DNA of 63,882 nucleotides, counting the filler, from Candidatus Woesearchaeota archaeon (GTDB taxonomy: Archaea > Nanobdellota > Nanobdellia > Woesearchaeales > BM511): the NCBI GenBank assembly GCA_023266675.1. It is 6 parts of 6 records of this genome, joined end to end, with 100 filler letters (N's around TTAATTAATTAA, not from the genome) between each part and the next. Parts side by side here need not be neighbours in the genome. Positions count along the whole stretch, not along the records: positions 54,300 to 59,773 come from JAHFPP010000075.1; positions 59,874 to 63,882 come from JAHFPP010000078.1; 4 more parts are not named here. One strand, 5' to 3'. Made by a program: the position numbers and the translations under genes. Shown here piece by piece: positions 57,929 through 63,882 of the stretch. Numbering within the stretch: the first letter of the stretch is position 1; the number at the start of each line of letters is the position of its first letter. The notes beneath the pieces were generated by a model. That model saw nothing but the letters and a program-made list of their open reading frames with translations, did no database searches and had not been told where the DNA came from.

Positions 57929-58570
57929 ATGTTAACTGAAGTTATGTACTCTGATTTTTTATCTGCAATGCAGTCTTTTGTTGAATCAAACGGGTATTTT
58001 CTTATCTTCCTTGTCATGGTTGTCGAAGGACCTACTGTAACATCTGCAGCAGGATTTGCAGCGTCACTTGGGTATTTTAATGTATGGATAATCTTCGTGC
58101 TTGCAGTTTTGGGGGATATAGTTGGTGATGTCCTTTATTTTCTTATGGGTAGGTATTTTGGTAAAAAGTATGCACTGAAATTTTTCAATTATTTCAGGTT
58201 GGATAAAACTATTCTTGAAAAGATGGAGAATAAAGTACAAGAGAATCTTGGAAAAACTCTGTTTTTTGTCAAATTTACACCAGTAGCAGGGATGTGCATA
58301 CTTTTTATAGGAAGCTTAAACACCTCATTTAAAAAAGTTTTGTCATGGATAACAATAATAACCTTTCCAAAAGCATTATTTTTTACTTTTCTTGGTTTCT
58401 TTTTTGGTTTGGTAATGGGAAAAATCCTTAATATTTTTGCTTTAGGGCAATATGCGATTTTTGCAATCTTAGTATTAGTTTTATTAGTGTATTACATTAA
58501 TAAAAAAACAGTGCCTAAAATTAAATCATTATTCTTTGACAAAAACAATAAAAAATTTAATGCCAGATAA
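57929..58570 (+). CDS. DedA/VTT family membrane protein
   Basis: GYFLIF..EGP, GDIVGDVLYFLMGR, KFTP. Confidence 0.9.
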   Translation: MLTEVMYSDFLSAMQSFVESNGYFLIFLVMVVEGPTVTSAAGFAASLGYFNVWIIFVLAVLGDIVGDVLYFLMGRYFGKKYALKFFNYFRLDKTILEKMENKVQENLGKTLFFVKFTPVAGMCILFIGSLNTSFKKVLSWITIITFPKALFFTFLGFFFGLVMGKILNIFALGQYAIFAILVLVLLVYYINKKTVPKIKSLFFDKNNKKFNAR

Positions 58571-58659
58571 AAACTTCTAGTTCAGAATTTTAAAAAATAT
58601 AACTAATAAAATTATACCAAATAATTAGGTAATGACGTCATGTTTTGTGTTTTTATACT

Positions 58660-59670
58660 TTACTTGACATTTCTTAAAATATCTTCATAGTTCTTTTTTA
58701 ATTCTGCTCCAGTCTTTTCAAGACTGTGCTTTTTTGAAAGCTTAAATGCATTTCTTGAAAGTCTTTCCCTAATCGCTTTGTTCTTCAATAAGAGATCAAT
58801 ATATCTTCTGAACTCTTCATTACTTTTTGCTTTAAAACAATTCTTATTATGGTATAACCATCCTTCATAAACAGGAATATCCCTTACAACTATAGGTTTT
58901 GCCATCGAAGCAGCCTCTAAAACTACGATTCCCTGATTTTCTTCATAGCTAGGAAAAAAGAAGATATCGCCTGCAGAATAAGCAGAGATTATATCTTTAA
59001 CATATCCTGTCAATAAGAAATTTTTTGGTGCAGTATTGATTGATTTTTTTAATTTTATGTCCTCAACAATAAATCCCATATGTTTGCCTATCCATAAGAA
59101 TGGTTCGCCAAAACATCTGCTAACATCTATAAAATCTATTATCCCTTTTCTTTTAAAAACCAACCCGACTGAGAATATTAATGGCTGTTTTTTTTTAATT
59201 CCGTATTTCTTTCTGAATTCATCTCCCTTTATGCTATCTTGTCTGAATTTGTTTATATCCACACCATTGCTTACCACAACAATATCTCTTAATCCATACC
59301 TAGTCTCAAGAATATTTTTCGTGTACTGTGAAGGAGCTATTAATAAATCTGCATTTGCATAAAACATCTTTAACCAAAATTTTAAGGGATAGGAAAATAA
59401 GTTTGAGAATATAAAACTATTCTTCAGGTCTTCCGCAGTAGTATGTGCGTGTATTACCACTTTTATTCCTCTTTTCTTTGCAAGCTTAACATATCTATAT
59501 GAATTTATTCCGCAAAAGTTAATATGCAATATGTCATAATCAAACTTTGAAGGGTTGAATGTAACTTTAACTCCATTTAATTCCAAAGATTTAGCCTGGT
59601 GATTTAACGCATTGCCAATTCCTGAAGATTTGATTCTATCATAATTTTCAAGCTATAAGCAGACTTTCAT
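58660..59670 (-). pseudogene. GT4 glycosyltransferase with in-frame TAG at codon 6 (59653-59655)
   Basis: MKVCL*LENYDRIKSSGIGNA..HAHTT.ED..SNGVD..RKG..FPSYEENQGIVVLEA. Confidence 0.8.
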
Positions 59671-59873
59671 ATTCTTTATCCTACCTGTGTTTATAACATT
59701 TTAACATTTTTATTTTTGGATGACATGACAGCACCAATATTATTTTTGCTTTCATTTTGTTTTATTAATATTCNNNNNNNNNNNNNNNNNNNNNNNNNNN
59801 NNNNNNNNNNNNNNNNNTTAATTAATTAANNNNNNNNNNNNNNNNNNNNNNNNNNNNNNNNNNNNNNNNNNNN

Positions 59874-59986
59874 GCGGTAGCATAATCTGGTATTGCGGTG
59901 GTTTGAGACACCACTGCCTTAACTGGCTTCTGGGTTCAAATCACAAGTACTACTTTTGTGCCTGGGTGAAAGTCCCAGCCGCGGCG
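59874..59986 (+). tRNA. Long-variable-arm tRNA with Ser-type body (G73), 32-nt T-loop intron (59941-59972), anticodon ambiguous (GAG by fold, TGA off-register); 5' 3 nt lost in gap
   Basis: GCGG/CCGCGGC-G acceptor; GTGGT-TTGAGAC-ACCAC; BHB TTCA/TGAA; splicing restores CTGGG-TTCAAAT-CCCAG. Confidence 0.8.
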
Positions 59987-60019
59987 CATTATGTAAAAGA
60001 AACTAAAAGGTGAACTAAA

Positions 60020-60139
60020 ATGATTGATGCAAAAAGGTATTTAACGCATATGTTTTTAGAGTTTGAGAGACTCGGGTATTCGCAGGACCAAATTACTGCA
60101 GCGCTTTATGATTATTATGAGCGAGAAGTTGCAATATAA
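60020..60139 (+). CDS. Possible 39-aa small protein
   Basis: AGGTGA RBS, MIDAKRYLTHMFLEFERLGYSQDQITAALYDYYEREVAI, T-rich terminator-like run after. Confidence 0.55.
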   Translation: MIDAKRYLTHMFLEFERLGYSQDQITAALYDYYEREVAI

Positions 60140-60215
60140 AAAATATATTTAACTTTTATTTTGTTCTTTTTTTATGAAACTTAGAAAATCTTTGATTATT
60201 TTGTGTCCTAAAAAC

Positions 60216-61979
60216 CTACTTCTGGGTTTTTATGATATCATGCTTCAAATGAAGTTCTTTCATCTGTTTTTCTTCAATCATTCCAGGGCTTTCATCCATT
60301 GGGCACTGAGCTGACTTGTTTTTAGGGAAAGCTATTACCTCCCTGATATCGTTTGTACCAAGCATTAAAGCAACTGTTCTGTCGATTCCAAGACCCATGC
60401 CACCGTGAACGGGTCCGCCGTATTTATACGCGTCAAGTAAAAAACCGAATTTTTCATGCGCAGATTTATGGTCGATTCCAACAAAGTTCATTATTCTTTC
60501 CTGCAGCTTTGGATCAGTGACTCTTATTGAGCCTGAACCAAGTTCAACGCCATTTAATACAAGGTCCCATAAGTCGCCAAGTACCTCGCCAGGCCTTTTT
60601 TCAAAGTCATTGACAAATTCTTTTTTTGGAATTGAAAACATATGATGCTCTGGCTCCCATGTTTGAGTGTCTTCGTTGAACGCGAATAGTGGGAAATCAT
60701 TTATCCAGCAGAATTTGAACTCTCCTTCTTTTACTAGTTTCAAGTCTTCTGCAAGTTTTAATCTAAGCTGTCCAGCGAGTTGCGCTGATTTTTTTGGTTT
60801 ATCTGCGATGAACATCACTATGCTTCCAGGTTTTGCATTCATTGCATGAATCAACTCTTTTTGTACGGATTCAGAAAAGAATTTTGCTATGTTTGACTCA
60901 AGCCCTTTCTCAGTAACTCTCATCCATGCCATTCCCTTTGAGCCTATTGATTGGCAAAACTCGATGTACCTGTCAATTTCGTTTCGAGCAAGGTCTTTAT
61001 GAGGGTTAATGCATCGGACTTTGCCGCCACTTTCAGCAACTGTTTTGAAAACTCCAAAATCTGACTTTCTTACAATCTCTGTAACATCTTTTAATTCTAA
61101 CGCAAACCTTATGTCTGGCTTGTCTGAGCCAAACCTTTCCATTGAGTCATTATATGAGAATGCAGGGAAATCATCAAGCGTTATGCTCAGTGTTTCTTTG
61201 AATATTTTTTTGTAAAGCCCTTCAACAAATGCGCGTATGTCTTCTTGAGTAACAAAGCTCATTTCAAGGTCAAACTGTGTATGTTCTGGCTGGCGGTCTG
61301 CTCTCAAATCTTCATCTCTAAGGCACCTTGCGACCTGGTAATATCTGTCAAAACCTGAAATCATAAGTATCTGTTTGTAAAGCTGAGGGCTTTGAGGAAG
61401 CGCGTAGAACTGTCCAGGATTAACTCTTGACGGCACAACATAATCCCGTGCACCCTCAGGTGTTGATTTTATTAAAAGTGGCGTTTCAATTTCTATAAAG
61501 TCATGTTCGTTAAAGTAATTTCGTGCAGTTGTTATAACTTTATGCCTGAACTGAAGTGCCTTTTGCATTGATGGCCGTCTTAAATCAAGATACCTATACT
61601 TTAATCGCATTTCTTCATTGGCAACTTTTCTGTCATCAATTTCAATTGGAGGCGTTTCGCTTTCAGACAAAATTGTTATTTCATCAACTAGAATCTCTAT
61701 TTCGCCGGTAAAAAGCTTTGGATTAGTAAGTCCTTCGCCTCTCATTCTAACGTGCCCTGTTACCTGTATGACATATTCACGTCTTAACTTATTAGCAGTC
61801 TCATGAACCTCTTTATTATGCGTTGGCTCAAAAACTACCTGCGTAAGCCCGTACCTGTCCCGAAGGTCAACAAAGACAATGCCTCCGTGGTCTCGCCTTG
61901 AATCTACCCATCCGCATAGCGTTACTTTCTTTTTTACGCCGTCTTTTGTGAGTTCTCCGCAAGTGTGTGTTCTAAGCAT
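60216..61979 (-). CDS. aspS: Aspartate--tRNA ligase, bacterial type (GAD-like insertion)
   Basis: MLRTHTCGEL, RRDHGG, YRYLDLRR, STPEGARDY, ALPQSPQLYKQ, RDEDLRADRQPE, IREVIAFPK. Confidence 0.96.
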   Translation of the reverse strand: MLRTHTCGELTKDGVKKKVTLCGWVDSRRDHGGIVFVDLRDRYGLTQVVFEPTHNKEVHETANKLRREYVIQVTGHVRMRGEGLTNPKLFTGEIEILVDEITILSESETPPIEIDDRKVANEEMRLKYRYLDLRRPSMQKALQFRHKVITTARNYFNEHDFIEIETPLLIKSTPEGARDYVVPSRVNPGQFYALPQSPQLYKQILMISGFDRYYQVARCLRDEDLRADRQPEHTQFDLEMSFVTQEDIRAFVEGLYKKIFKETLSITLDDFPAFSYNDSMERFGSDKPDIRFALELKDVTEIVRKSDFGVFKTVAESGGKVRCINPHKDLARNEIDRYIEFCQSIGSKGMAWMRVTEKGLESNIAKFFSESVQKELIHAMNAKPGSIVMFIADKPKKSAQLAGQLRLKLAEDLKLVKEGEFKFCWINDFPLFAFNEDTQTWEPEHHMFSIPKKEFVNDFEKRPGEVLGDLWDLVLNGVELGSGSIRVTDPKLQERIMNFVGIDHKSAHEKFGFLLDAYKYGGPVHGGMGLGIDRTVALMLGTNDIREVIAFPKNKSAQCPMDESPGMIEEKQMKELHLKHDIIKTQK

Positions 61980-62099
61980 AAATCAAAAGAACAAAGAGGC
62001 TATTTATAAATATTATGGGTTGGTCAATTAAATCAAAAGACAATTTACCCAAAATCTAATTAAAATAAAATAATAAAAATCCAGAAAAATATTAATAAA

Positions 62100-62681
62100 C
62101 TATCTAAAGCTGCTTCCGCATCCGCAGCTTTTTGTTGCATTAGGATTCTCTATTTTAAAACCTGCGCCAGATAGGCTGTCTATATAATCAAGGTTTGATT
62201 TGTTGATTTTTTCTATGCTCTCTTTATCAATAAACACCCTTGCGCCTTTCTCATCTATGACTACATCGTTCTTCAAGGATTTGCTGCCAATTCCAAATAC
62301 ATATTTAAAACCTGAACATCCGCCTGGAATAACAGCAATTCTTAATCCTTTGTCTTCCCTATTTTTTATTAATTCTTTTATCTTGGCTGCTGCTTTCTTA
62401 GTGATTGTTATCTTTGCCTGACTGCTATTTTTATCTTCATTTTTGGATTTATTTTCCATATTCTTCACCACAATTTCATTTAATTTTGATACAAACTTAT
62501 TCATGTCGCTTGTGTTTTTTCCATTTTGCTTAATGCTTTCTTCCAAGGTTATATCCTGAATTGTATTGCAGTCAGCATTATGCACACCAACTTCAATCAG
62601 ATAATCCATTGTTTCAGGATATTTTTTTACAATATCCCCCATCATCATATCTTTTGTTATCATTGAATTTTTTTCTTTCAT
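62100..62681 (-). CDS. A-type Fe-S carrier (IscA/HesB) fused to N-terminal DUF1858-like domain
   Basis: GGCSGFKY, NPNATKSCGCGSSF; N-terminal ITKDM.MGDIVKKYPE. Confidence 0.9.
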   Translation of the reverse strand: MKEKNSMITKDMMMGDIVKKYPETMDYLIEVGVHNADCNTIQDITLEESIKQNGKNTSDMNKFVSKLNEIVVKNMENKSKNEDKNSSQAKITITKKAAAKIKELIKNREDKGLRIAVIPGGCSGFKYVFGIGSKSLKNDVVIDEKGARVFIDKESIEKINKSNLDYIDSLSGAGFKIENPNATKSCGCGSSFR

Positions 62682-62810
62682 AATTTTCTGTTATGGAAGT
62701 GTATTTTTATATACTTTGTTTAACCGATATATCAGAAATTTTTAATAAAACGCATCATAAATCATATTTAATAAAAAGCTTTATTAATAAATGCAATTTT
62801 TTTAGAATCA

Positions 62811-63791
62811 ATGGGCAAGATTAATAGTGGAGAAAAAGGAAATGTGCACAAAAATGCACACAATGAATCAGTCAAGCATGAACCATCTCCCTCTCACAGC
62901 AAATCTTTAGGACTTAAGGAAAAACTTCACAGCATATATGTTAAAGATTACAAAAAACTCATGATTATACCAAATCTTTTGCTCTTCTTGTCATTTGCAG
63001 TATTATTCTTCAATCTTTTCACAACAGGACAGTTTATAGAAAAAGGCGTATCAATCCAGGGAGGAGTTTCTATAACAGTTATATCAAAAACTCTTCAAAG
63101 CAGTGACGTAGAAACATTCCTAAAACAAAGTTTTCCTAAGGCAGATGTTGAAACAAAAACCTTGTCAGGTGCAGGCGAACAGATTGGACTTATTATAGAG
63201 GCGTCTGACGTGACAGCTGACGAGCTATTACAAAAATTAACATCGCAGTATGGAATATCAAAAAATGATTATACAGCTGAAGTCACAGGGTCAAAACTTG
63301 GAAATTCTTTTTATAACCAGTTAATAATTGCAGTAATAATAGCTTTCATACTTATGGCAATTGTAGTATATATCTATTACAGGATGTTTGTTCCTTCATT
63401 TGCAATAATACTTGCAGCATTCTCAGATATGATTACAACACTTGCCATTATAAGCCTTCTTGGTGTAAAGCTTACAACCGCAGGAATCGCAGCGCTGCTA
63501 ATGCTTATAGGATACTCAGTTGATACAGACATCTTGCTTACAACCAGAGTTGTCAAGAGAAAAGAAGGAACAATTGACGAAAGAATATTCGGGGCTTTCA
63601 AGACAGGAATGACTATGAGCGCTGCAGCAATAGCAACAACAGTAGTTGCACTTACACTTTCACATTCAGATACATTAAAACAAATAATGATAATATTATT
63701 AATTGGACTGCTTGCAGACATAATATACACATGGATACAAAACGCAGGATTATTAAAATGGTACATGGAAAAACATCACGATAAAAAATGA
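62811..63791 (+). CDS. secF: Protein translocase subunit SecF
   Basis: GVSIQGG, GSKLG, IAALLMLIGYSVDTDILLTTRV, TWIQNAGLL. Confidence 0.95.
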   Translation: MGKINSGEKGNVHKNAHNESVKHEPSPSHSKSLGLKEKLHSIYVKDYKKLMIIPNLLLFLSFAVLFFNLFTTGQFIEKGVSIQGGVSITVISKTLQSSDVETFLKQSFPKADVETKTLSGAGEQIGLIIEASDVTADELLQKLTSQYGISKNDYTAEVTGSKLGNSFYNQLIIAVIIAFILMAIVVYIYYRMFVPSFAIILAAFSDMITTLAIISLLGVKLTTAGIAALLMLIGYSVDTDILLTTRVVKRKEGTIDERIFGAFKTGMTMSAAAIATTVVALTLSHSDTLKQIMIILLIGLLADIIYTWIQNAGLLKWYMEKHHDKK

Positions 63792-63882
63792 GCCAAGCAA
63801 AAAAATTATTCACAAACGTAAGAGTAATAATCCTTCTGTACTTATACTGATATCAATAGTTGCTATAAATCCAAAACCGTCA
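63720..63882 (+). other. Contig-end overlap with 54300-54463 (secF end / secD start)
   Basis: Identical sequence except one G missing near 63838. Confidence 0.93.

Noticed and set aside
48599..59655. Genome-wide TAG or TAA reassignment
   Set aside because: TAG and TAA end conserved genes at expected positions (rpoN, dut, rps11, leuS); only three internal stops were seen, two near contig ends

Overview
AT-rich archaeal sequence, most consistent with a DPANN lineage (Woesearchaeota-like, by inference). The window is not contiguous: six contigs are joined by 100-nt N spacers carrying an artificial TTAATTAATTAA linker, and there is one 10-N internal gap. The last 163 nt overlap the start of the contig at 54300, so secF and secD are really adjacent. 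Core content: the rps13-rps4-rps11-rpoD-tRNA-Leu-rpl18e-rpl13-rps9-rpoN cluster, LeuRS, a bacterial-type AspRS, RPA, dUTPase, SecDF, transporters and six tRNA genes. Four of the tRNAs have BHB introns, two of them at non-canonical sites. Most unusual signals: (1) a family of ~70-200 bp hairpin-rich, covarying, nested repeat elements inserted at both ends of tRNA-His and the 3' end of tRNA-Thr, each flanked by a 9-17 bp duplication of the tRNA end; (2) a three-gene phage tail-fibre-like cassette whose first gene carries a Tat-like signal peptide, plus Gly-rich/S74 fibre paralogues with swapped tips; (3) an overlapping pair of divergent MutS-ATPase-domain proteins; (4) a LeuRS with a complete YdeN/RBBP9-like serine hydrolase inserted at the start of the editing domain; (5) a tandem RHH regulator pair between three paralogues of an uncharacterised secreted beta-rich family; (6) two MITE-like elements, one of which may be a structured RNA; (7) a Ser-bodied tRNA whose best fold gives a GAG anticodon. 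All calls come from reading motifs by eye; no searches were run.
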